From: Mobula hypostoma
Taxonomy: Eukaryota
Direction: 5' to 3'
Assembly: GCF_963921235.1 (NCBI RefSeq)
Contig: NC_086108.1
Span: 22,754,001 to 22,818,000 of the forward strand
DNA: 64,000 nucleotides
A program made the position numbers and the translations under genes. Positions 10,626 to 23,110 of this stretch are shown piece after piece; position 1 is the stretch's first letter; the number at the start of each line of letters is the position of its first letter. The notes below the pieces were generated by a model. It was given only the letters and a program-made list of their open reading frames with translations, made no database searches and was not told the DNA's origin.

Positions 10626-12639
10626 ATCCCGGGTCAGCTAGATACTGAAAAAAGATTTTAAAAGCTGACACATTCCTTTCACTTTGATCAAATGAATGAA
10701 TCACTTCCTGGTTTACAGTTTTTCTTCTACATTCCAGTTAAATTAGATTTTTATTTGCACAATGCTTTCCAAATCCCAGTTGCTTTACGATATGTCAGTT
10801 TCTGGATTGCACGTCTTGCTGTTTCATGGGTCACCATCCTCTCTGACTGCTCATTGATCTTTTTCTGACCCCTAGTGTCACAGGGATTAAAGTCGTTATT
10901 TCTTGATTGTTTAATCTTCCAGGGTATTTGTCCCTGCTCAGGTCCCAAGTAACCTGCATGATGTTCGACTCACTCCTGTAGTGTCAGTCCATAGGTTGTG
11001 GTTTTCCTTTGGTGTGACAATGACATTGTTAGTCATTGTTTGAGTTAGACCCTGGAATGTGCTTTCAGCCCTAAACCTGTATTTCAGGCTGCTTTCTGAA
11101 CCCAGTTAACTTTCACCTGTGCCCCTGTTTAAGCATCAACTACTTCTTTCCTTGTGCTGCCTAGTCTTCATCTGTGTTTGTGCTAGAGAATGGATTAAAG
11201 ATTACTATTCATGTTCTGCAATCCAGTTATATTTATCCAGAGGCTACAAACCAGATTCTATATTCCAGCAATCTCCTTCAGGCTACTCAGTGCCTTCTTC
11301 TTTTTTTCTACCGTTAGCTTGGCTCCCAAATGGCACATTTAATTTCTCTTTCTAATACATTTCATATATTCCTGACCTCTGATTTCCATTCCCTTTCTAT
11401 TCCTGACTGTTAAAATTTGTCTCCATGTCAGAGTTCTTGGTTACTCTCTTTCAATCCATTACTTACAGCTTACTCTTCTATCCTGGTTAATCCTCCTCAA
11501 AGGATTCCTGATTTATTTCTATTTCCCAATTAATCCTCCTTTGTGCCTAGTTAATGCTTTCTGTATCAATATTACCGATCTCTTTATGGACCAAGTAATT
11601 CTGATCCATTTCTCTTCATGGATACTAGATCTTCCCAATGTGGTCATTAACTCTTTATTTCAATCCCCAAATGACAGTGTTCTTTCCATTATTGCAATTA
11701 TTTCTGATTAGTACCCGGTCCTGGATAAATGATAACTCTCCACCTTGCCCCGTTCAATCACAGCTCTGCTGTGCCAGGTAACAGATTGCTACTTTTTCCT
11801 TGATCTACTTAGTAATCATCTTCCATGTCTCAGTTAATCATTCTGGTCACTCTACAGAAATCTCTGTGATCCCAGTTAATTCTGATTAGCATTTCTCTCC
11901 AGATTATAGGTAGCACATTTCTGTGTAGATTTGTGGATTATAGGTCTCTCGTGCCATTGATAATCTGACTATCCATGAATGCAGTGAAGATCTTGTTTAA
12001 TGTCCAGTTATTGGACCCCTGATTACACGCTCATTCTGCTTCAGTCTATGCGGTTTCTTGGATTATTGTTCATTTTCCATTTGTTTATTCTTAATGAGCA
12101 TTATGATTCTCTCTCTCTCTCCAATCCCCTTTGGATTGTTACTCTATCTCAATGGTTTAGTTAATTCCTGAATTATACAGCTCTCAATACTCCTCTGTGT
12201 CAGACTCCACCTTATAGATCTTTATCATTTCCAATCACAGAAAATATCAGAGGAGCCAACAAAGCTTCTTTATCTCCCTGATTTCAGGAGATTCCTCATC
12301 CAATTGGAACTTCAGTCCCTGGATGAAACCTCTCTTCTTTGGCACAAGAATGAAAGCATATGGTGGGTTATGGGCTTTGGAGGAGGGAAGGATTAGAGTG
12401 ATCTTGAAGTAGGCTAAATCATTGACTCAGCATTGTGAGCCATTGTGTGGTGAACTGTTCTCTCCAATTAATTATCCTGCATCCCAATTTATTTTCTCTC
12501 TATCCAAACTATTCCACCTCTGTTCCATATCTCTAGCCATCCCCAGGTGACACTTAACTTTTTTTTATGGTAACCTGTCATCATAATTTGTTTATTTTGG
12601 TCCTAATTGTTTCTCTCTTATGTTAATCTAAAAAAACCT

Positions 12640-12960
12640 TCACTTCGTGGAGGCACCTTGAACTGGGGCAAAAGTTTCATTAAAAAAGGAGTTGCCCTCT
12701 TTAAGGCATGCAGAGGAATTCCTTTCACTGAAAATTTGTGATCGTGTAGAACTCTCTACCTCACAGAGCTGCGGCAATGGAGTCACTAAGTATACTCAAG
12801 GATGAGACTGGCGAATACTTGAACTCCAAAGGGGTCAAAGGATTGGTTAGAATGCAGGGAGGTGATTGCAAGGATCTGCTGGGATCGGCCATGTCTTAGT
12901 GACTGGCAAAGCAGGATCAATGGACAATAGAGCTACCCCTGCTCCTTTTTCTTGGATCCT
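12640..12960 (+). mobile_element. Very old CR1 3' fragment
   Basis: Decayed RNFFTQRVV/WNSLP-like region and CR1 3' tail. Confidence 0.55.
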
Positions 12961-13252
12961 TGTTTTTAATTTCTCTTTGAAACCATGAATTCTTCTTTGT
13001 CTCTTGGCCCAAGCATTACAGATCCCTGCATCTCATTTAATCGTATTTCCTGTTAGTCAATGGGATCAAAATCTCCCTTATTATGGCCGTGAATCATTAC
13101 AGTTGTAGATCTCTCTTCATTTCCTTGTGAGTTCTCCTCTGAGTTGATACCTAGTTATAGATTTCTCTCTTTTTTTGTAATTTATTTTTTTTTGAAGTTC
13201 ATCATCAAACATTTCCATAAGATGTTGTATTTCAGATATTGTACATATATAT

Positions 13253-13941
13253 CATAGAAACATAGAAAATAGGTGCAGGAGTAGGCCATTCGGCCCTTCG
13301 AGCCTGCACCACCATTTATTATGATCATGGCTGATCATCCAACGCAGAACCCCGCCCCAGCCTTCCCTCCATACCTCCTGATCCCAGTAGCCACAAGGGC
13401 CATATCTAACTCCCTCTCAAATATAGCCAATGAACTGGCCTCAACTGTTTCCTGTGGCAGAGAATTCCACAGATTCACCACTCTCTGTGTGAAGAAGTTT
13501 TTCCTAATCTCGGTCCTAAAAGGCTTCCCCTTTATCCTCAAACTGTGACCCCTCGTTCTGGACTTCCCCAACATCGGGAACAATCTTCCTGCATCTAGCC
13601 TGTCCAATCCCTTTAGGATTTTATACATTTCAATCAGATTCCCCCTCAATCTTCTAAATTCCAAAGAGTACAAGCCCAGTTCATCCAGTCTTTCTTCATA
13701 TGAAAGTCCTGCCATCCCAGGAATCAATCTGGTGAACCTTCTTTGTACTCCCTCTAAGGCAAGGATGTCTTTCCTCAGATTAGGGGACCAAAACTGCACA
13801 CTATACTCCAGGTGTGGTCTCACCAAGGCCTTGTACAACTGCAGTAGTACCTCCCTGCTCCTGTACTTGAATCCTCTCGCTATAAATGCCAGCATACCAT
13901 TCGCCTTTTTCACCACCTGCTGTACCTGCATGCCCACTTTG
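13253..13941 (-). mobile_element. CR1 family A 3' fragment inserted in the L1 3' end
   Basis: Near-identical reverse complement of ~7830-8515 with a CATAGAAA tail. Confidence 0.95.
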
Positions 13942-15045
13942 AAGGACAACTATGTAGTTGAACCATTTTTCCCAGTATGAATCAAATTGTTCTAACATGA
14001 TTAACAGATGCTGTTATCTTCTCCATTTTGTAAATATCCATGGTAATTTCCATCCATGTGTTTAAAGTTGGGCTCCCCTGTGAATACCATTTCCTGGTAA
14101 GAGTCTTTTTACTAGCCACTAGCAGTATATTCACTAAATGTTTATCTCTTTTCAACCATTCTTGAGGTACATACCCAATATATATGGTCTTACTTTCTAA
14201 GGGTATTTCACATTTAAAAATGTCTATTAGGGCATTGTGTATCCCACTCCAATAGTCTTTGATAATGGGGCAATCCCAGAAAATATGATAATGGTTTGCA
14301 TTTTGATTTCCACAATTTCTCCAGCAAACAGGGAGGTTACTATCATAGTGGGGTTTCTGAGAGAGTGTAATAAAATATTTTATCAAGGTTTTCCACCCAA
14401 ACTCCCTCCATTTCTGTGAACTGGTACACTTCCATTGATACCTCCATATTATTGTCCATTCTTCCTCAGGTATAATTATCCCTCCTTCCTTCTCCTATTT
14501 TGTTTTAATGTATGAAGTCGAATGTGTTTCAAGATTTGACAAACCCTTATACACGCTTGAAATGATTCTACTACCGTTATCTGAATTATACGCTTTTCTA
14601 AATAGCTCTATCAAACATGTTACATTTTTGGTTACATTTTTAACCCTCCTATTAGCATACTGTTGCATCTGTAGATACCGATAGAAGTCTTGCTTTTCTA
14701 ATAAGTGTTTCTCTTTAAGCATTTCAAAATTGAACAGTGTGCCTTCTTTCATTATATTGCAAAGAACTGTTATTCCTTTAGCTGCCTAGTCCTTAAATCT
14801 AGCATCCAGTTTATTCGGCATAAAATCCGAGTCATATGTACGCCTTTTAAGAATTGCAATATCTCCCTCTAATTTATATTCTTTTATAATAGTTTTCTAT
14901 ATTTTAAGAGTCCATTTCACCCATGGATTATCAATAGTATTTATGTACCTTTGTAGGTTATCGGCCAAAATTGCCTGTATGGGGATGGGAAGTATCCCCT
15001 TCTTAATGTTTTTCCATTGAGCGTCATATGATGGGTTGCACTAAC

Positions 15046-15610
15046 ATAGTCATTGTCATACTTTATTGATCCTGGGGGAAATTGGTTTTCGTTACAGTTG
15101 CACCATAAATAATAAATAGTAATAAAACTATAAATAGTTACATAGTAATATGTAAGTTATGCCAGGAACTAAGTCCAGGACCAGCCTATTGGCTCAGGGT
15201 GTCTGACCCTCCAAGGGAGGAGTTGTGAAGTTTGAAGGGCACAGGCAGGAGTGACTTCCTATGACGCTCTGTGTTGCATCTCGGTGGAATGAGTCTCTGG
15301 CTGAATGTACTCCTGTGCCCACCCAGTACATTATGGAGTGAATGGGAGACATTGTCCAAGATGGCATGCAACTTGGACAGCATCCTCTTTTCAGACACCA
15401 CCGTCAGAGAGTCCAGTTCCATCCCCACAACATCACTGGCCTTATGAATGAGTTTGTTGATTCTGTTGGTGTCTGCTACCCTCAGCCTGCTGCCCCAGCA
15501 CGCAACAGCAAACATGATCGCACTGGCCACCACAGTCTCGTAGAATATCCTCAGCATCGTCTGGCAGATGTTAAAGGATCTCAGTCTCCTCAGGAAATAG
15601 AGACGGCTCT
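15046..15610 (-). mobile_element. Rex1/Babar-like LINE 3' fragment inserted in L1 ORF2
   Basis: FYETVVASAIMFAVACWG...HSLH...C.TER.RKS C-terminus; AATAAA followed by a GACTAT-like tandem tail. Confidence 0.85.
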
Positions 15611-18600
15611 CAACTGTGCTGCAAAATAATAATCTCTAAGAGAAGGTAGGCCCCATCCCCCCTTTTTCTTGGCTAATTGTAAAGTTTTGAGACGAACTCT
15701 AGGCCTTTTACCTTGCCATATATATCTTGATAGCATCTTGTTCTATTCATTGAATTGATTTTGGTTAATCTCTATTGGTATGGTCTGAAAGAGATATAGT
15801 AGCCTGGGCAGTATATTCATTTTAATAGATTCAATCCTTGAACTGAGACCAAGAAAGAAACTAGGTTCCATTTTGTTACATCTTCCTTAATTTTTTTTAT
15901 ATATAGGCTGATAATTGCATTCTGATAATTTTTCCAAATCTTTTGGCATAATGATGCCCAAATATTTGACAGACTCTGTTTGCCATGCCCAAGAATATCT
16001 ACTTTCAATTTCTCTTGGAGGGCTACAGTTATATGAAAGTAGTTGGGTTTTATCTATGTTGATCTTGTATCCTGATAATTGGCCATATTTTTCAAAGGAT
16101 TGCATCAATTTAGGTAAAGAGTGTGTTGGTCGCCCTAGGTAGATCAAAATATCATGCGCGTAACAGGCCAATTTATGCTCTGTCCCTTTAATAGTAATTC
16201 CCCTGATACCTTCATTTTGTCTGATGTATTAATGCGAAGAGTAGCGGTGACCATGCAATACCCTGTCTCGTGCCGCTTTCTAGGGTAAAACTATTTGATA
16301 AACATCCATTGATTTTAATCCTAGCAGTAGGGTTGTCATATAGTGCCTGTATAGTTTTAATAATTGTGTCATGGAAACCAAACCTATGTAAAACTCTGTA
16401 AAGAAAATTCCATTTAACCGAATCAAATGCCTTTTCAGCATCCACGCTTATCACTATTGCTTCGATTTTTTTTTGTCTGTGATCCATAATGTGAAGTGTC
16501 CTTCGTATATTGTCTTGTGTTTGGTGTTGTTGTATAAAACCTGTCGGATCCTTATGTATCAGTATGGGTAGAAACTCTTCTAATCATTCGGCCATGATGG
16601 AGGTAAATATTCTATAATCTACATTAAGAATGGATGTTGGTCTAAATAACCCACACTCCATTTTATCCTTGCCCTCTTTTGGTATAGCTGAAATTATTGC
16701 TTCCTTCCAGCTGGGTGGCATTTGTGCCTTTTTCAGAGCCCAGTTCAGTGAGGGAAGAAAGACAGGAATTAACTCATTTTTAAATTCTTTGTACCACTCT
16801 GCCATATACCCATCTGAACCTCGTGACTTGCTTAATTTAAGCCTACTAATTGCAGCCTTTAGTTCAACTTCAATTACGTCAGCAGTCATCGTTCTATTTT
16901 GTTCTTCGCTTAAAGTGGGTAACTCTAGAGAATTCAGGAAAGTATCAATTTGGGTTGTGCTTCTCCCTGTAACTTTGGAATATAGAGTTTTGTAAAACAT
17001 TTCAAAAGCTTCTTGAATTTCACAGCTTATTTTTTATCATTTTTGTTCTCAGATCCCTAATTCTATGAATTGTATTTTTTGCTACCGTTTTCTTCAGTTT
17101 CCAAGTCAATATTTTCATAGATTTAGATCCACTTTCATAATCTCTGTTTCAGAAACATTACATTTTTCCTGATTTCTTGCATAGCCAAACTATTAATTTC
17201 ATTCCTAATTTTTAAAATTTCCTCTAATGTATCCTGTGCCAAATTCAATTTGTGCTTTTTTCCTAGTTCCTTTAGCCTGTTTTGTAATTCCTCTGTTTTA
17301 TTCCTTATTTTTTTCTTATATGAAGATATCGCTATAATTCTCCCTTTTAAGACAGCCTTCAGAGTATCCCGTAGAATGGGAGGTGAAACCTCTCCATTAT
17401 CATTGAATTCCAAGTAAAGATCAATTTCTTTTTTAACTTGTTCTTTAAGATAGAGATCATTGAGGAGACTTGAATTTAGTTTCCAAATGGTATTCTTTGG
17501 TTGTAGGTCAAAATCAACAGATAAATATATAGGTGCATGATCACTTACATCTATTGTCCCAATTCCACAGGTGTTTATTTTGTCTTTGTCTTTTCCAAAT
17601 GTCATGAAATAGTCTATTGTTGTACATACGGAATGGGGGGCAGAATAATGAGTGTAATCCCTTCTGTCAGGGAAAAGGTCCCTCCATATATCAGTTAGAT
17701 CAACATCCTCAAAAAGTGTATTAACTCCCTTATGTAAGGATTTTGTTTCATAGGTTTTTCTTTTGGAAGAGTCTAACTTTGGTTGTAATTGTAAATTTTA
17801 AGTCTCCCCCACATATCAGGAGACCTTCTGTTTCCGTTACCATAATATTAGTAAGTTTCTGAAAGAAACTAATATCACTTCCTGGGGGTGTGTATATATT
17901 CAATAAAGTAACTGAATTTCCATCTATATTCCCCCTTACCAGAATATATCTGCCCTCTTTATCTCCCATTTTGAATACTTTTTCAAAACTTAGCTTGCTT
18001 GAGATAAGAATAGCAACTCCTCTCTTATGTCCTGATTTATATGAGGAGAAAAACAAATTAGTGAAGCCCATTCTCTTTAGTTTTCCATGCTCATTATCAC
18101 TTAAGTGGGTTTCCTGTAAATATACTAAAAGGGCTTGTTCTTTTTTCATTTTGGATAGAATTTTACTGTGCTTGATTAGATTTAACAGCACATTGACATT
18201 AAAAGAAATGAATTTAACTTTGTCCTTAGCCATATCTGTCAATATATCATTGAAATTAGCAGAATAAAATTTAATCGATCTACTCCCTGAACAAATAAGA
18301 ACCAAGAAACGTGCATAATAAAAAAAAGGCAACGAAGGTGTGATTCTAAGGCTGAGGTCTCTAGCAGATGACCCTGGGTTGAGCTAGAGGAAACGTCTAG
18401 CCGTGGGGGATAGCCCCTCCTCCCTGTGAATTGGGGGCCCCCACTACAGTACCCATAAAAGTAAGTGAACAAGTCTACATCCATTACACAGAAAAGATTT
18501 CCCTGTGTATTCCTCCCATATATATATTCTCATTTAGGTGGGGGAAAAGGAGTGAATAAATGAATAAAAAATATTGAGTAATATAAAATCCACATTATAA

Positions 18601-20134
18601 TAAGTATTTCTTGAAACAGGTATAGCACCATCTCTTTTTGCTTCCGTTTATCTTATCAACACTTTTAAAGTTAGCCAAACCTTTTGGCTCTTCTGGAGGG
18701 GGTGAGGGCTGTCTTTGGAAAACTCACAGTCTCTTCCTGATATTCTCTCACCCTCCTCCCGTCCCCTGCTTTCTCGGTTCTCTTACTATTTCCCAAGCAG
18801 ATCAAGATAACTGCTCAGCCAGGCTTTCCCTTGGTTTGATCATGCTGATGGGCAGCCCTCTGTTCCTCATGTCTGTAGTCGCCTCTTCCACTGTCTGATA
18901 CAGTTGCATACCATCTTCATAAAACACCTGCAGTTTAGCAGGATACGGAGTTTGGAATCTAATCTTTCTTTGCTTTCATATTCGCTTTACTGCAGAGTAT
19001 TCCTTATGTTTCTGCAGGACTGCCAGGGAGGTAATCTTGATCAAAATATATTAATTTCCCATCCAAAAACAGCCTCTTCTTACCCCAGGCCCTTCGTAGA
19101 ATCTCCGCCTTGGTATTGTATCGAAGGAATCTAATTAGTATCGAGCGTATCTTCTCTGTCTCCAGCAGGCCTCGGGATGAGTTCATGATATACCCTCTCA
19201 ATTTCAAGCTCCATAGTGGAGGGAATCTCTAGCACTTCCCACAGCAACTTTCCTACAAACTCCATCATAGACAAACCCTCCGCTCCTTCGGGAACATTGT
19301 ATATCCTGATATTTTTCCGTCGTGATCTTCCCTCCTGGCCAATCAGTTTACTTTCTTGTTGATTTAATATTTTTATCGTCTTACTCAGTATCCATTTCAC
19401 GTTTTGCACGTGATTTTCCACCTTCTCAATTCAAGTCTCTGCCACCGCTAGTTTTTGATTGACATTGGCGAGCTCTGACTTGATATCATTCAGTTGCTGT
19501 TTTTTATCTTTTTGGAATCCCCGTATCTCTTCCAGAATTTTTTAATCATATTTGCCGCTTCGCCTGCATGAGGCCCATCGTCAGCCTTGCTAGCACACGT
19601 TCGGGTAGGAGAGCCGCGCGTTGCATCTCTCTCGTCCATAGGCTCTGCAGTGATGCTTTTTTTTATCTCCATTCTTTTTCCCCATTCTTGCCCCCTTGAT
19701 CAATTCAGATATTTTCGAAAGATCTTATATTTGATGGATTAATGGGGCAATATATGCGTTTTTCCAGAGGAGCTATTGATTTAAGCTGCCATTCTGGACA
19801 ATGATTTCACCAGAACCCCATAGATTTCTCTCTGTATCTCAGTTGTTCTTGCTCTTGTTCCTGTTTGCAGATCTCTTTGTTTTGCCCCATTATTATGCTG
19901 AATTACAGATCTCTCTCCATGACCCAGTTAATTTGACATCCACCCGGAACGTGCATAAGATAATACCCCCTGGTGCCCATTCTACTCACAACCCTGACCT
20001 TTCCCTTTTCCATGAATATACATTCACTCTCTTGTCTCTGTTCCTTCCTGCCATTCTCACTTCCTTCACCCCTCTCCTCTCCAGTATTTATTTTGCTTTC
20101 CATCCTCTTCTCAATAAGTGTTTTATCATGAGCA

Positions 20135-20640
20135 GGGTTTATCACCAGTGTTCACCACAGTGAACATCCTACTACGGTTTGCCATGGCAACTGCTCTGCC
20201 TGCAATCACACCAAGATGCAGAGATTTACGACTACAACTCAGTCTATTGACTCTGCCTACACTTGACACTTCCTTGGTAAAGCAGCCAGCATGATCGATC
20301 ACCCCTCCCGCACTGTCTTCACACCTACCTACCCACTGGTCAGAAGATACGAAGCCTGAAAGCATGTACCACCAAACTCAAAGACAGCTTCTATCCCACT
20401 GTTGAATGGCCCCTCAGTACAGTGGGATGGATCTTGACCTCACAATGTACCTTGACCTGGACTTGAACCTTAATGTCTGCCTGTGCTGCACTTTCTTTGT
20501 AACTGTAACGCTACACTCTGCATTCAATTTTTCCATTTTGTACTACCTTGATATAGTTGGAGTGATCTGCTTGGATGGCTTTCAGATAAAAGCTTTTCAG
20601 TGCATGTCAGGGCATGTTGCAACAACAAACCAATTCCCAG
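20135..20640 (+). mobile_element. Degraded Rex1/L2-like LINE 3' fragment
   Basis: GNCS and RRY.SLKA.TTKLKDSFYP motifs followed by a UTR. Confidence 0.7.
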
Positions 20641-20654
20641 TGTTATGATTCATC

Positions 20655-21148
20655 AGGGCACAGTAGTTTTGCTATTTGTCCTACTGAGTCTGTGTTGACT
20701 CTCAGAGCCAATCCCATCAATCCCATTACCCCTCCCCTTTCCCTGTAATCTATGTCCGTAACTTTGCCCAAGTTCTTGTACAGTCATTTTCAGTGGCCAA
20801 TTAACCTTTTTTACCTGCACAGTTTTGGGATGCGGAGCACTTTTTCTTACAAAACTTTACTTTTATTAAAAATTCAAACCACTACTCTAATGTACAATCA
20901 TATTGCAAAAAGAGAGACCAGATAAATCATAAATAATGTATTAAACTTAGACATTCCCGTCCTCACCAACCCCTGTGGTGCCCAGTTGTCCCAAAACACT
21001 TCATGTTACCTGAGGATGCTGAACAGCTAACCAGGCAAGGGAACGTGAGCACTCAGGTCATGGGGAGAATGTGCAAACTCCAGGGTGGAGGTCAGGATCG
21101 AACCCTTACTGGAGCTGTGATGCAGCAGCTCTCCCTCTCTGCTCTGCC
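20655..21148 (-). mobile_element. V-SINE interrupted by a Tx1-like fragment
   Basis: GGGGAGAATGTGCAAACTCC, GAGGTCAGGATCGAACCC and GGCCAATTAACC; split at 20842-21045. Confidence 0.7.
20842..21045 (-). mobile_element. Tx1/L1-type LINE short 3' fragment
   Basis: T-rich start on the + strand; reverse strand reads VFWDNWAPQG; flanked by GAGCACT direct repeats. Confidence 0.5.
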
Positions 21149-21379
21149 ACTCTCTTTCATTTCCCTGCATCCTCTTTCATACCTATTTTTCTCTGCTATC
21201 TGTGGATCTTTCTCTCTTGTGTGTTTCTTCCTCTCCCTGTAATGTATCACCTCATATGGAGTTGACAGAACACCACACTCTCTTCCAACACTGCCCACTC
21301 ACAATATTCAACAGGATAAGTGAGCTTCCCCTATTTAGTTCCTAATGGCCTTATGCACAGTTGAAGTGCCACTACTCAT

Positions 21380-21718
21380 TGTTATGGAGGTGTAAGATGC
21401 TCCTTCCCTCCACTGGCTTACAGGTCAGCCTTGGACAAGGTGTAGCTCCTCCTTAGCCCCTGATCAGGGCCATGTGAAGTCATGGGAGCATCTGGTGGAT
21501 GGTCATATGAGTAGTTGGTTCCTGGTTATGTGACCACTGACTCTAGGCAGACAATCGCTGAAGAATATTGGTAATGGCCGGGGTCATCCTTCTTGGAAAG
21601 GAACTGCCCAGGAGAAGGCAATGGCAAACTGCTTCTGTAGCAAAAATTGCCAGGAACAGTTATGGTCAAGGAGATCATGATTGCCCACGTCATATGACAT
21701 GGCAGATGATGATAATGA
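21380..21718 (+). mobile_element. Short non-autonomous RTE-type element, copy 1
   Basis: GGAGAAGGCAATGGCAAAC motif and (GAT)n tail; homologous to 34420-34795 and 44800-45136. Confidence 0.6.
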
Positions 21719-23110
21719 CTCATGGTTAAGGCAGATGCTGGATCTTATGCCCAAAATTGCTCCTCGTGTACAATGAAGTAGCTTAAGGAATTCAAAGATG
21801 TCAGTCATTTCTCCCCAATGTTGATATAAAATGTCAGAGGTTGGTAGTTGGTGAAATGATTGACAGTAGGAAGACGAAAACTATGAATGCTTCAATAGTG
21901 GAAACACTAGGGAAAGTAGCAGTAACGTTCTGATTTTTGTGTTTGTCCAACTTGCTGGAAAATTGTTACTGAAATTGCTTCATGTACACTTTTGGACAGT
22001 GCGTTCTCTATCATAACAATCAGCTTTGTAATTACTTTCTTCCCTCATCTCTCCCGTGTTTATTTTGCTAATTGTGTCTGTGCACCTTGCCACAGTTATC
22101 TCCATCTCTGCAGTTTGGTTCCCATTATTCATTTCCTCATAACCCTTAAAGATTTTTTGAAAAGTTTTATCAAGCTTCCCTTACACCTTCTCTAATGAAA
22201 GGAGAAAAATCCTCAATGTATTTATGTGTAATCTGTAAATAATGCTGGAAGATGTAGAAATGTTATCACTTGTACGTAAAGGACATAAGCATCTGTAGGC
22301 AGCTTCTTGTTGTCAGTATAGAACAACTCCCCTCTTCCTGTAACTCTCACTGTAAATCGAATTTATCTGCAGTGTCCACAGTCCACTTTAGAATGCATTA
22401 CCACTGGAGACAAAGTAAGTTGGAAGCAGCAGGAAAAGTGGAAAAACAAAACTGGGGAAAAGAAACGGTGCGGCTTATTTACCTGAGGACTCAGTGAAAA
22501 CTCCAAGGCTACAACCAAAAATCCGCAGTGAATAGGCCCCTATGTTGAATATGTGGGTTGCCTGGGTCAGTTCAAAGGAAGTCAAAGGGAGCGCCAGCCA
22601 CGTCTGTGAAACAGAAGGTGCACTGGGCAATTTCTAACACAAAATGTAGGCAAGTCCGGAAATAATGGAGCATCAGCACAGTTTCTCTTATGGAGTCATA
22701 AAGAGGAAATCTGCACAATATTTCAGGTGCTGCAGCTGACCGAACAGTTTATTTGCACAGCAACTGTGTTAAAAAACAGCAATAGCAAGAGACAGCAACA
22801 CTTTATGATCACAGTCCCGGCTGATAGGAAGTTATTACAGATGTGCAAACTGTTCTTTGCTGGAAGAGGGCACATGTGACAAGCACTTCAGTACATATGT
22901 CCCCTGGTTTACATCTCCTCCACTTCCCTTAAAACCATGCCATTTTCCTTCACCTCCTTTAATGATTCTTTCTGTTGAATTAGATCTCATTTTCCTGTGC
23001 ACTGCCACTTATTGTTCACTTCACCAGTTTGTCCACCACCTCCTGAGGGCACACACAATATCCCTTGCCCATATTATGCCAGCTATAATTAATTCCAGGT
23101 TATAGATATA

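Larger units (their letters stand above)
13171..19819 (-). mobile_element. Full-length L1-clade LINE (ORF1 ~18640-19680, ORF2 ~13960-18233), degraded
   Basis: 14-bp TSD ATAGATTTCTCTCT (13157-13170, 19820-19833); ORF1 EGRSRRKNIRIYNVPEG; APE SFNVN, LQETHL, SDH; RT DAEKAFD, GTRQG...SPLLF; C-terminal CWRNCG...HIFWDC; many frameshifts; two nested insertions. Confidence 0.93.
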
